A DNA stretch of 58,109 bases from Actinomycetes bacterium. Lineage in GTDB: Bacteria > Actinomycetota > Acidimicrobiia > Acidimicrobiales > Ilumatobacteraceae. Position numbers and translations under genes: made by a program. Positions 35,448-44,503 of the stretch are shown one piece after another. Every line of letters begins with the position of its first letter. The stretch's first letter is position 1. The stretch covers positions 1 through 58,109 of the forward strand of contig JBAXIP010000001.1 in assembly GCA_037138315.1 (NCBI GenBank), in the 5' to 3' direction. The notes under the pieces were generated by a model. That model searched no databases, was not told where the DNA came from, and saw only the letters and a program-made list of their open reading frames with translations.

Positions 35448-36868
35448 TTGGCTATTTCCAATGCTCGCCGCAAGGCAATTCCGTCGGTCGGGATGACCTC
35501 AACCGGACGCGGTAAGTCTGCCGTGGTTAAGCCGTCAAGGAAACGACCTTCCGATAAACACACGTCGGGAAGCAAATAACGGTGACCTTCAGGCTCGTTT
35601 TCCAGAGCCCGAGCGATGTCTTTGCCCACCATGAGGCCAGTCACCGCAGTATTTCCACCAAAGAAATCATTTTCGACCGTGACGAGACGCACATCAGAAC
35701 GTCCGCATCGGGCGAGCATCGGAGCGAGAACTTGGGCTCCATAGGGAGCGGTTACGACACCAATTGGGGCATTTCGACGCGGAGTGAGAGAAATCATTGC
35801 CGAACCAGAATCGCTCGATCCCCCACAGCCACGAAGGCCAGTGTCGCCAGCCGGATTACGAGGAGCGCGATAGCCCTCGGCTGGTGCTCCATCAACAGCA
35901 GCGAAGAATCCACTTTGCGGTCCGGTCGGGACTTCAAGTCGTCCATCAAATTCCCATTCGAATGTTCGCGCCATTCCGATGCCGTCTTCGTGCAAACCAA
36001 AACCTTCATAATGTTCGCCGGGAGGAAACGGAACTCCTGCCATCAAGTAATACTCATCGGCAGCGAACACCATGCGGTGACCAACATGAGTCAAAAAGAT
36101 CTCTTGCCAATGGTGCACCAAGTCAACAACTCGTCGCGCTTCTTCTTGAGTGTGTGCCCGCATTGAGGGTTCGTTGTTGTAACGACTAATTCCTAAAGGA
36201 ACCAACGCCACATGATGCAAGTCGGCGTAACGATCGAGAATGCCAATCATCGAGTCTTCAAGAATTGATCCATCGTTCACGCCTGGACATACAACGATCT
36301 GTCCGTTCACTGTGATGTCGTGTTTGAGAAGCTGAGTCAACCAGCGAAGACTCATACCACCGCGAGGGTTGCGCAACATCTCACTTCTAATCGCTGGGTC
36401 GGTGGCATGAATACTGACGTTCAATGGTGAAAGACCCTCAGTGATCACCCGCTCAAGATCGGCTTCGGTGAAACGCGTCAACGTTGTGAAGTTGCCATAC
36501 AGAAAACTCAAGCGGTAGTCATCATCTTTGAGATACAAACTCTTACGCATACCGGGAGGCAACTGGTAGATAAAGCAGAAAGCGCAGTGGTTATCACAGG
36601 TGCGAACTCGATCAAACAAGGCACTGGCAACTTCGGCTCCCAAAGTTTCGCCAGCATTTTTTACGACAGTTGTCTGCATTTCGAGACCACCGCGCACAAA
36701 ATCAATCTCAACTTCGGCTTCGTCGGCCATCAGACGCCATTCAATGATGTCGCGCGGAACCATTCCGTTCAAACGAATCACCTCATCGCCAGGCTGCAAT
36801 CCAAACTTAAACGCCGGAGAATCTGGCGTGATAGCGACCACAACTGGCGCAGATTGCTTGACGGACAT
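35444..36868 (-). CDS. PDZ - radical SAM - DUF512 protein
   Basis: N-terminal PDZ-like region (GLQPGDEVIRLNG), a radical-SAM cluster CDNHCAFCF (CxxxCxxC) and a long C-terminal domain typical of DUF512 proteins. It has a 4-nt overlap with der. Confidence 0.7.
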   Translation of the reverse strand: MSVKQSAPVVVAITPDSPAFKFGLQPGDEVIRLNGMVPRDIIEWRLMADEAEVEIDFVRGGLEMQTTVVKNAGETLGAEVASALFDRVRTCDNHCAFCFIYQLPPGMRKSLYLKDDDYRLSFLYGNFTTLTRFTEADLERVITEGLSPLNVSIHATDPAIRSEMLRNPRGGMSLRWLTQLLKHDITVNGQIVVCPGVNDGSILEDSMIGILDRYADLHHVALVPLGISRYNNEPSMRAHTQEEARRVVDLVHHWQEIFLTHVGHRMVFAADEYYLMAGVPFPPGEHYEGFGLHEDGIGMARTFEWEFDGRLEVPTGPQSGFFAAVDGAPAEGYRAPRNPAGDTGLRGCGGSSDSGSAMISLTPRRNAPIGVVTAPYGAQVLAPMLARCGRSDVRLVTVENDFFGGNTAVTGLMVGKDIARALENEPEGHRYLLPDVCLSEGRFLDGLTTADLPRPVEVIPTDGIALRRALEIAK

Positions 36869-36939
36869 ATTTCACAGGCTACCTGCGTCATATAGGTACA
36901 TTCTCTCAATGCGACCGTTCGAGCATTAGCCTCACAGTC

Positions 36940-37968
36940 ATGAACGTCGATCGCGTCCTACTCGCGGCCCCACGAGGGTTTTGCGCAGGTGTTGAGATGG
37001 CGATCAAAGCCTTGGCGTGGATGGTGCGCAGTTTTGATGCACCGGTGTACTGCTATCACGAAATCGTTCACAACAAGTTGGTCGTTGAACGCTTTGAACA
37101 ACTCGGAGTCATTTTTGTCGATGACATCAACGAAGTTCCTTTGGGTTGTCCCATCATGTTGTCGGCCCACGGTTCGGCTCCTGAAGTTGTTGAAGCTGCG
37201 CGAGCTCGAGGTTCAGTTGTTGTCGACTCAGTGTGTCCACTTGTTACTAAGGTGCACCACGAAGTCAAGGTCCGATCCGGTAAAGGCTTTCGCATCGTGT
37301 ACGTCGGGCATGAAGGACACGAAGAAGCGGTCGGCACCATGGCTGTTGCACCCAATTCAATTTCACGTGTTGAATCAATCAACGAAGTCGACGCGCTCCC
37401 CGCGTTCGACGGACCAGTTGCACTTCTTGCCCAGACAACTTTGTCGCATCGCGATTGGGCCGAAGTAGCAGTCCGCGTTAAAGAACGATTTCCTCAAGTG
37501 TGGACTCCTGGTCGTAGCGACCTGTGTTTCGCCACAACCAATCGACAGTCGGCGCTCATGTCAATGGCTCCGCGATGTGACGCGATCATCGTCATCGGAT
37601 CGGCCAACTCGTCAAATACTCGAGCGCTGGAACGGCTTGCACGTGAAGCTGGCTGCGAACGAGTTTTTCGCATTAACACCGCAAACGAATTGCCAGCAGA
37701 TCTTCACGGAATTGTCGGAGTTACCGCAGGTGCATCGGCCCCAGAAGAACTCGTTGACGCAGTCATCGCTCGTTTGGCACCAATCAATGGAGTCGAAGAG
37801 GTGCGTTACACCGAAGAAGACGAATACTTCCCACCGCCGCGCAACCTGCGTGATTTGCAAACCGCAATCGAAACTGCCGTCACTGCGATGTCGGGCGGTT
37901 CGCTAGCAAAGCGACCTCAAGTCGACGACCGCGCGTTAGCCGCCAGTGCAGTTCTCGCCAGTTTGTGA
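36940..37968 (+). CDS. ispH: 4-hydroxy-3-methylbut-2-enyl diphosphate reductase
   Basis: LLAAPRGFCAGVEMAI, YCYHEIVHN, VDSVCPLVTKVH, GHEGHEEAVG, SANSSNT (LytB/IspH motifs). Confidence 0.9.
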   Translation: MNVDRVLLAAPRGFCAGVEMAIKALAWMVRSFDAPVYCYHEIVHNKLVVERFEQLGVIFVDDINEVPLGCPIMLSAHGSAPEVVEAARARGSVVVDSVCPLVTKVHHEVKVRSGKGFRIVYVGHEGHEEAVGTMAVAPNSISRVESINEVDALPAFDGPVALLAQTTLSHRDWAEVAVRVKERFPQVWTPGRSDLCFATTNRQSALMSMAPRCDAIIVIGSANSSNTRALERLAREAGCERVFRINTANELPADLHGIVGVTAGASAPEELVDAVIARLAPINGVEEVRYTEEDEYFPPPRNLRDLQTAIETAVTAMSGGSLAKRPQVDDRALAASAVLASL

Positions 37969-37980
37969 CAATCTACAAAC

Positions 37981-38391
37981 ATGCTTTCCCCTACTGCCGA
38001 CTCCATTCGACTCTTCTTGCATGTGCTCGCAGCATCAGTTTGGGTTGGAGGGCAAATCGTTTTAGGTGGCTTAGTTCCCAAGTTGCGACAGGCCGCGCCT
38101 GAATCTCTCAAAGTTGCCGCCAATGCATTCGCTCGCGTCGCCTGGCCAGCCTTTGCCGTAGTCGTTGTCACTGGCATGTGGAACATTCTCGATATCAAAG
38201 TTGGCGACATGTCTACTGACTATCAAGTCACAATGTTCGTGCACGTTTTGCTCTCCATGGCAACTGCGATGTTCGCGTTCATCCATTCGGTTGGAAAAAC
38301 TAAGTTGGCCCTGGCGCTCGGTGGTGCGCTCGGATTATTGACCTCACTTGGAGCAATGTTTGTTGGAATCTTGCTGCAAACTGGTCGCTAA
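37981..38391 (+). CDS. Integral membrane protein (four predicted helices), unknown function
   Basis: 136 aa, hydrophobic throughout (LFLHVLAASVWVGGQIVLGGLV ...). It lies 12 nt downstream of ispH. Confidence 0.55.
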   Translation: MLSPTADSIRLFLHVLAASVWVGGQIVLGGLVPKLRQAAPESLKVAANAFARVAWPAFAVVVVTGMWNILDIKVGDMSTDYQVTMFVHVLLSMATAMFAFIHSVGKTKLALALGGALGLLTSLGAMFVGILLQTGR

Positions 38392-38395
38392 TTAA

Positions 38396-39604
38396 TTAGT
38401 TGCGAGGAACTTTGCTCCACGCCATGTCACGGTCGACACGAACATCACCAGGAAGACCAAGAACTCGTTCTCCCAAGATGTTGCGCATTACTTCGCTCGT
38501 TCCACCCTCAATGGAATTCGCGCGACTGCGCAAGAATGCCTTCTGCGGATTCTCTAAGCCCATTGCGTGCTCTGGTCGAATCATTTGGTAGCCACTTGGG
38601 AACAACATTCCGTCGGCCCCCATCATCGACACCGCAAACGAGTAGATGTCCTTATGTAATTCGGCCATCGCCAACTTGGCGATTGAACCTTCAGGACCCG
38701 GATCGCCCATTTTGCGATTTTGTGACGCACGAATATTCGTCAGGCGAAGTAGTTCAGCACGAACCCACAACTTCATCAGTTCATCACGAGTAGCTGGATC
38801 GCGTTGATCAGCCGACAAGCCATTCCACACCTTGACCGCATCACGAATCGCTCCCGAACCCTTAGCGGGAATTGCGCCCCCAATTGACACGCGCTCATTC
38901 ATGAGCGTCGTCAACGAAACGCGCCAACCGTCTCCGACATTGCCCAACATTTCACTTGCGGGGATGCGAACGTCAGTGAAATACACCTCATTGAATTCTG
39001 CTTCACCGGTGATCTGATACAGCGGACGTATCTCGACTCCAGGAGCTTGCATGTCAACGACGAATGCAGTCATACCCGCATGCTTGACGGCTTCCGAATC
39101 GGTTCGAACGATCAAGAGTCCCCAACGCGACAAATGCGCCAGCGTCGTCCAAACTTTTTGACCATTAGCAATCCATTCATCGCCATCACGTACACCCTTG
39201 GCTGACAAGCCGGCAAAGTCTGAGCCCGAACCAGGCTCAGAGAACAACTGGCACCACACTTCTTCACCAGTGAACAGCGGCCGCAAATAACGTTTCTTTT
39301 GCTCTGGCGTTCCCCACATTGCAACGGTTGGGCCACACATGCCATGACCAATTGGGTTACGGGCAACTGGGTTCGGTGCGCCTTCGGGATAAATGCGTTC
39401 GTTGATGACCCGTTGCAATTTTGGGTTCAGACCAAGTCCGCCAAAACCTTCTTCAAAATGCACCCACGCCAGACCCTTGTCAAACTGCGCACCGAGAAAG
39501 GTGACGGGGTCGGTTGATTTGGGCGGAAACTCAGACAAGAGTTCAGAAACCAAATCGGAAACTCGCTGCTCGTCGGCGGTCAAAATTGCTGTTGCTGTGC
39601 TCAT
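38396..39604 (-). CDS. Acyl-CoA dehydrogenase family protein
   Basis: 402 aa. WCQLFSEPGSGSD, WIANGQKVWTT and C-terminal IEGGTSEVMRNILGERVLGLP patterns. Confidence 0.85.
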   Translation of the reverse strand: MSTATAILTADEQRVSDLVSELLSEFPPKSTDPVTFLGAQFDKGLAWVHFEEGFGGLGLNPKLQRVINERIYPEGAPNPVARNPIGHGMCGPTVAMWGTPEQKKRYLRPLFTGEEVWCQLFSEPGSGSDFAGLSAKGVRDGDEWIANGQKVWTTLAHLSRWGLLIVRTDSEAVKHAGMTAFVVDMQAPGVEIRPLYQITGEAEFNEVYFTDVRIPASEMLGNVGDGWRVSLTTLMNERVSIGGAIPAKGSGAIRDAVKVWNGLSADQRDPATRDELMKLWVRAELLRLTNIRASQNRKMGDPGPEGSIAKLAMAELHKDIYSFAVSMMGADGMLFPSGYQMIRPEHAMGLENPQKAFLRSRANSIEGGTSEVMRNILGERVLGLPGDVRVDRDMAWSKVPRN

Positions 39605-39731
39605 CGCAAACCCCTTGTTTGATCCATTTAAGTCATCACAAATTAATTAATGACAAAAGTACTACTCGGCAACTTAGTGAATATTTCCCGCAGGATCGGC
39701 ATCGGTCGCACTTCACATTTCATTTCGGGAC

Positions 39732-40451
39732 TCAATTGAACGGGGCCATGAGGCGCAAGAACTCCTGATGCTCGCTTTTGCCGAGGCCAGGGAAATACGA
39801 ACGCAGAGTCATGATGTCGTGCAAACGTTCATGCTCAGAACGTGACTGATACACCGCTTTCAAATTGTTCAACATGCGTTCGACGATGGCCATCGGATGC
39901 ACCGGAGCCAAAAATCCGGTCAGGAAAGTCTGATGAACCCCTGCCAGCTGATGAAAAAGTTCCTGACACCCATCAGCATCAAGTATCTGGCCTTCGTGGA
40001 AAGGGTCAGCAAAGGCCTGCGGAATATCTCCAGTCGTTTGAGCTAAACCGACCAGAAAATGACCCGGCATTCCGACGCCGACGATTGGCACGCCAAGACG
40101 ACGGCCGACTTCCATCATGATGACCGACAACGAAATCGGTATTCCAGCGTGCCGATCGAGCACTCGTGGCAACAACGAATTTTCCGGGTCGTAGTACTCG
40201 GCTCGATTCCCGATAAATGCATCGGGACCCGTAAAGAGAAACTGTGCAATACCGGCAAATGTGGGAGAAGGAACGGCCGCTGCCAATTCATCGAGTCGGG
40301 ACATTTGTTCGATGATTTCTGACGGATGAGCACCAAGCAGGGTGGCAGAAATCAAAAAAGCCATTTCATCAAGCGGGACGTCGCCACCGGCTTGCACGAG
40401 TTCGGCGAATCGGCTCTTGGCCCATCGCGAACCTTGATCAGACGACTCCAT
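39732..40451 (-). CDS. Transglutaminase-like/SirB1 (UPF0162) family protein
   Basis: YYDPENSLLPRVLDRHAGIPISLSVIMMEVGRRLGVPIVGVGMPGHFLV is the SirB1 N-domain pattern. The start is uncertain: ATG 40451 is preferred, and 40490 or 40571 would overlap the divergent fadD-like gene. Confidence 0.65.
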   Translation of the reverse strand: MESSDQGSRWAKSRFAELVQAGGDVPLDEMAFLISATLLGAHPSEIIEQMSRLDELAAAVPSPTFAGIAQFLFTGPDAFIGNRAEYYDPENSLLPRVLDRHAGIPISLSVIMMEVGRRLGVPIVGVGMPGHFLVGLAQTTGDIPQAFADPFHEGQILDADGCQELFHQLAGVHQTFLTGFLAPVHPMAIVERMLNNLKAVYQSRSEHERLHDIMTLRSYFPGLGKSEHQEFLRLMAPFN

Positions 40452-40484
40452 CTCTACAAGGGTAATCGCACTACTGTTCTCAAC

Positions 40485-42035
40485 ATGCATATCGGAATCC
40501 ACGCCGCATCGAACCCCGACAAACTCGCGCTCGTCGTTCCTCAATCTGGCTATACCCAGACTTTTGCCCAACTCAACGCCGCGGCGAATCGCCTATCGCA
40601 ACTATTCAGAGCCGCCGGCCTGCAGCCAGGCGATCATGTGGCTTTGTGCATGGAAAACCACGATCGCTACCTTGAAGTGCTCTGGGGATGCCAATTCGCC
40701 GGACTCGTGTACACGGCTGCCTCATCACGACTCACTAGCAAAGAACTCACCTACATTTTGAATGACTGCGAGGCAAAAGCATTCATTACCTCTAAGTACA
40801 AAGCAGACCAAGCGGCCGAGATCATTGAGGGAACACCCGATGTTGCGATGCGACTCATGCTTGACGGAGTGATTCCTGGTTATGAAAGTTATGAAGACGC
40901 CGTCGCCCAACAAACAGATGCTCCGCTCGAAAACCGCATCGCCGGCATTGACATGCTGTACTCATCTGGCACAACGGGCCTACCCAAAGGTGTCACTAAA
41001 GAATTCCCCAATCTCCCCTTAGACGGAACACCCACAACGGTTGCGCCAACTCTGACCATGCTCTTTGGTTTCACCCCAGAAAGCGTGTACCTATCGCCTG
41101 CCCCGATGTACCACGCCGCGCCGTTGCGTTTCACTATGGCTGCTCAAAGTATGGGTTGTACCGCTGTCGTGATGGAACACTTCGATCCCGAGCAGTACTT
41201 GGCTGCGGTTCAACAGAACCAAGTCACCCATAGTCAAGTTGTACCGACGATGTTTGTTCGACTCCTCAAACTCGATGCCGACATTCGCACCAAATACGAC
41301 GTCTCGTCATTGCAGGCTGTCATTCACGCCGCTGCACCTTGCCCTATTCCGGTGAAGAAGCAAATGATCGAATGGTTTGGTCGCATCATTCACGAGTATT
41401 ACGCCGGCACCGAAGGAAACGGCTTTGTTTATTGTGACAGCAATATGTGGATGGCCCACGAAGGTACTGTCGGGGTGGGCATCGGTTGCACCATTCATAT
41501 TTGTGGCGATGACGGTCAAGAAGTCCCGGCCTTTGAAAGTGGAACCATTTTCTTTGAGGGCGGCGGAACTTTTGAATACCACAACGACGCCGAAAAGACC
41601 AAGAGTTCGCGCCACCCCAAAGGTTGGAGCACTTTGGGCGATGTGGGCTACCTCGATGCTGACAGTTTCTTGTATCTCACCGACCGCAAGGCCTACATGA
41701 TCATCTCGGGTGGAGTGAATATTTATCCGCAAGAGGCAGAAAACGCCTTGGTCACCCATCCGAAGATCATCGACGTTGCAGTATTTGGTGTCCCTAACGA
41801 AGATTTCGGCGAAGAAGTCAAGGCCGTCGTCCAACCGGTCACGATGCCAGCCAACGACGATGAGGCCAAGGCTCTCGAAAAAGAACTCATCGCCTATTGC
41901 AAGTCTCAGCTCGCTGATGTGAAATGTCCGCGGTCCATTGACTTCAGGGTTGAACTGCCAAGGCACCCAACGGGCAAGTTGTACAAGCGCCTTCTCAAAG
42001 ACGAGTACTGGAAGGACGCTGGCCGCACTATTTAA
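40485..42035 (+). CDS. AMP-dependent acyl-CoA synthetase/ligase (FadD-like)
   Basis: AMP-binding motif MLYSSGTTGLPKGV, YAGTEG, GDVGYLD...DRKAYMIISGGVNIYPQE. I chose ATG 40485 over the track start 40326, which overlaps the divergent gene. Confidence 0.85.
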   Translation: MHIGIHAASNPDKLALVVPQSGYTQTFAQLNAAANRLSQLFRAAGLQPGDHVALCMENHDRYLEVLWGCQFAGLVYTAASSRLTSKELTYILNDCEAKAFITSKYKADQAAEIIEGTPDVAMRLMLDGVIPGYESYEDAVAQQTDAPLENRIAGIDMLYSSGTTGLPKGVTKEFPNLPLDGTPTTVAPTLTMLFGFTPESVYLSPAPMYHAAPLRFTMAAQSMGCTAVVMEHFDPEQYLAAVQQNQVTHSQVVPTMFVRLLKLDADIRTKYDVSSLQAVIHAAAPCPIPVKKQMIEWFGRIIHEYYAGTEGNGFVYCDSNMWMAHEGTVGVGIGCTIHICGDDGQEVPAFESGTIFFEGGGTFEYHNDAEKTKSSRHPKGWSTLGDVGYLDADSFLYLTDRKAYMIISGGVNIYPQEAENALVTHPKIIDVAVFGVPNEDFGEEVKAVVQPVTMPANDDEAKALEKELIAYCKSQLADVKCPRSIDFRVELPRHPTGKLYKRLLKDEYWKDAGRTI

Positions 42036-42129
42036 GTGCCCGGCAATAGTGCTCGTTATCACACGGCGAATTTCTGTGATTTAGCAAAATCGTCCCATGA
42101 CTTGATCTGAAATACGGGATACTGAAGTA

Positions 42130-42900
42130 GTGACCGCGCGACCTTCCCACGAGCATCCGTATTTGGCACCTCATGCCAATGGCCAGTTCATTGCTTTTGC
42201 TCATCGTGGTGGCACTGATCAACTCCCGGAAAACACGATTCCAGCTTTTCGTCATGCCTGTGAACTTGGTTATCGGTATCTCGAAACCGATGTCCAACTC
42301 ACGCGAGATGGACATCTGGTGGCCTTCCATGACAACGATCTATTTCGTACGTGTCACACCAAAGGTCTCATCAACGAAATGACCTGGCAGGAAGTTTCAC
42401 GAGCACGCGTTGATGGCAAAGAGCCCATCCCGTTGTTGTCTGAACTACTCGAAGAATTCCCAGAAGCCTTCCTCAACATTGACTCGAAAAGTGACCCGAC
42501 TGTTGAACCATTAATTGACGCGCTCAAAAAATCTAATGCTCTGCCCAGAGTGTGCATCGGCTCGTTCAGTCACAAACGGATCTCGCAATTTCGTGCTGCT
42601 CTTGGCAACCAAGTGTGTACGAGTGCTAGCCCTATTGAAGTGGTCCGCTGGATTGCCGGCAACGTTGCGAGCGAACCATCTTGTTTCCAAGTTCCTACGC
42701 GCCAAGGACCGATTCCAGTCGTGACATCACGGACAGTGCGAAGCGCCCATTCTGCTGGAAAGCCAATTCATGTGTGGACGATCGACGAAGCACATGACAT
42801 GCAACGTCTCATCAACCTCGGGGTCGATGGATTAATGACTGATCAATCCATCACTCTCAAGAGAGTGCTTGAAGCAAACAACTTGTGGAATCAAACATGA
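42130..42900 (+). CDS. Glycerophosphodiester phosphodiesterase (GDPD) family, second copy
   Basis: FAHRGGTDQLPENTIPAF...YLETDVQLTRDGHLVAFHD. GTG start. The stop overlaps the ABC ATPase start (ATGA). Confidence 0.8.
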   Translation: MTARPSHEHPYLAPHANGQFIAFAHRGGTDQLPENTIPAFRHACELGYRYLETDVQLTRDGHLVAFHDNDLFRTCHTKGLINEMTWQEVSRARVDGKEPIPLLSELLEEFPEAFLNIDSKSDPTVEPLIDALKKSNALPRVCIGSFSHKRISQFRAALGNQVCTSASPIEVVRWIAGNVASEPSCFQVPTRQGPIPVVTSRTVRSAHSAGKPIHVWTIDEAHDMQRLINLGVDGLMTDQSITLKRVLEANNLWNQT

Positions 42901-43628
42901 CGGCTTTGAGCATGCGCGATATAACGATGACTTTCCCCGATGGCACACGAGCCATTGACGGTGTCGACCTCTCGATTGAGCGTGGCGAGTTCGTGACCGT
43001 TGTTGGCCCGTCCGGTTGTGGCAAAAGTACTTTGCTGAGAATTATCTCAGGCTTGCAACAACCGACATCTGGAAGTTGCAACGTTGATAGCAAACACCTT
43101 GGCTATGTCTTCCAAGATTCGGTTTTATTGCCATGGCGTAACGTTCGCAAAAATGTTGAACTCAACGCCGAACTTCAAGGTGTTCCTAAAGAACGACGGC
43201 AAGAATCTGCGCAGAACGCGATCGACCTCGTCAAGCTGAACGACCATGTCACGAAGTTTCCTCACCAGTTATCGGGTGGAATGAAAATGCGTTGCTCCCT
43301 GGCAAGGTCATTAGTTTCTCAGCCGCAAGTTTTTCTTTTTGACGAGCCATTCGGGGCGCTTGACGAAATGACTCGCGAACATTTGAATGATGAGTTACTC
43401 AACATCTTTTTGCAAGAGAAATTTGCTGGGCTCTTCATTACTCACAGCATTCAAGAAGCCGTTTTCTTATCGACTCGCGTCATTGTGATGTCATCGCAAC
43501 CTGGCCGATTTACTTCTGAACATAAAATTGACTTCCCATTCCCCCGCGTGCCCGACATTCGCTACAGTGCCGAATTCGCTCAATTATGCGGTCGAATTAG
43601 CCATGACCTGAAGTTGGCTCACACATGA
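42897..43628 (+). CDS. ABC transporter ATP-binding protein (NitT/TauT-type)
   Basis: Walker A GPSGCGKST, signature LSGGMKMR, Walker B VFLFDEPFGALD. I chose ATG 42897 (ATGA coupling); GTG 42885 is also possible. Confidence 0.85.
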   Translation: MTALSMRDITMTFPDGTRAIDGVDLSIERGEFVTVVGPSGCGKSTLLRIISGLQQPTSGSCNVDSKHLGYVFQDSVLLPWRNVRKNVELNAELQGVPKERRQESAQNAIDLVKLNDHVTKFPHQLSGGMKMRCSLARSLVSQPQVFLFDEPFGALDEMTREHLNDELLNIFLQEKFAGLFITHSIQEAVFLSTRVIVMSSQPGRFTSEHKIDFPFPRVPDIRYSAEFAQLCGRISHDLKLAHT

Positions 43629-44503
43629 ATCTTTTCTCGCGGATTTCGCAAAACCGACGCATCTCAACTGTCGTTTTACCATTCATCACGTTCATTGTTT
43701 TTCTTTCGATTTGGTATGCCTACGCCAAGCTTCATTACGACAATCCAGTTCAACGGCGAAATGCTCTCCCATATCCTCACGAGATTGTTACTGACGGTTT
43801 TTTACCTTTCAATGACAAGGTCAACGGGTTGCGCCCGATCCTGGGATACATGTGGCCCACGGTCAAGGTCACTTTGCTCGGACTCCTAATCGCTGTAGTA
43901 CTCGGAGTATTCGTGGCGACACTCATGAATCTTTCAAAGGGAATTGAAAAATCACTTTTTCCGTATGCCGTCATTTTGCAAACAGTCCCGATTTTGGCCA
44001 TCACTCCGCTACTGACCGAACTCTTTGGCGAAGAACTCGGTGTACGTCTTGTTGTCACCGTGTTGGTAGCAATATTCCCCGTCATGACGAACATGCTCTT
44101 CGGACTTCAGTCAACCGATCGAGCGTTTCACGATCTGTTCACGCTGAATCAAGCAAGTCGCTGGACCCGTTTGATCAAACTAGAACTCCCGAGTGCATTG
44201 CCATCGCTGATGACTGGAATTCGTATCGCATCTGGAAGCGCGGTCATCGGCTCGGTAGTTGCCGATTTCTTCTTCGCAAAGGGCGAAAAGGGCATTGGGT
44301 ATTACATTCGCACCCGCCAGCAACAAGCAATTCAACGCCCAGAAATGTTTGCCGGAACTATTACTGCTTCACTATTTGGCATAGCGATGTTCATTGTTAT
44401 CGGTTGGATCACGTCACGGGCCATCAGAAATTGGCATGACTCCAACTTGGCTATTCGTCCGTCGTCCTTTAAAATTCACCGACCGCTCAAAGGGAATACA
44501 TGA
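43625..44503 (+). CDS. ABC transporter permease (NitT/TauT-type, BPD_transp_1)
   Basis: 292 aa, polytopic. It has 4-nt overlaps with both neighbours. Confidence 0.8.
   Translation: MNLFSRISQNRRISTVVLPFITFIVFLSIWYAYAKLHYDNPVQRRNALPYPHEIVTDGFLPFNDKVNGLRPILGYMWPTVKVTLLGLLIAVVLGVFVATLMNLSKGIEKSLFPYAVILQTVPILAITPLLTELFGEELGVRLVVTVLVAIFPVMTNMLFGLQSTDRAFHDLFTLNQASRWTRLIKLELPSALPSLMTGIRIASGSAVIGSVVADFFFAKGEKGIGYYIRTRQQQAIQRPEMFAGTITASLFGIAMFIVIGWITSRAIRNWHDSNLAIRPSSFKIHRPLKGNT

Noticed and set aside
41307-42062. 251-aa minus-strand ORF antisense to the FadD-like ligase. Similar long antisense or alternate-frame ORFs occur at 34278..34802, 35582..36166, 44487..44996, 50578..51084, 53391..53933 and 7756..8286.
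   Set aside because: All lie entirely within CDSs that carry clear family motifs on the other strand or frame. They show skewed, motif-free composition. They are open-frame artefacts.
42036-42129. Possible TPP (or other) riboswitch upstream of the GDPD / NMT1-like ABC operon
   Set aside because: There is no CTGAGA / ACCTGATCTGGATAATGCCAGCG-like TPP core or other riboswitch signature, and the region is only 94 nt.
44080-44092. CGTCATGACGAAC core of the palindrome inside the NitT/TauT-type permease CDS
   Set aside because: Only the 10-bp core plus 2 nt match, the site is in-frame coding sequence (FPVMTN), and there is no gene boundary. I mention it under the palindrome finding but do not call it a site.
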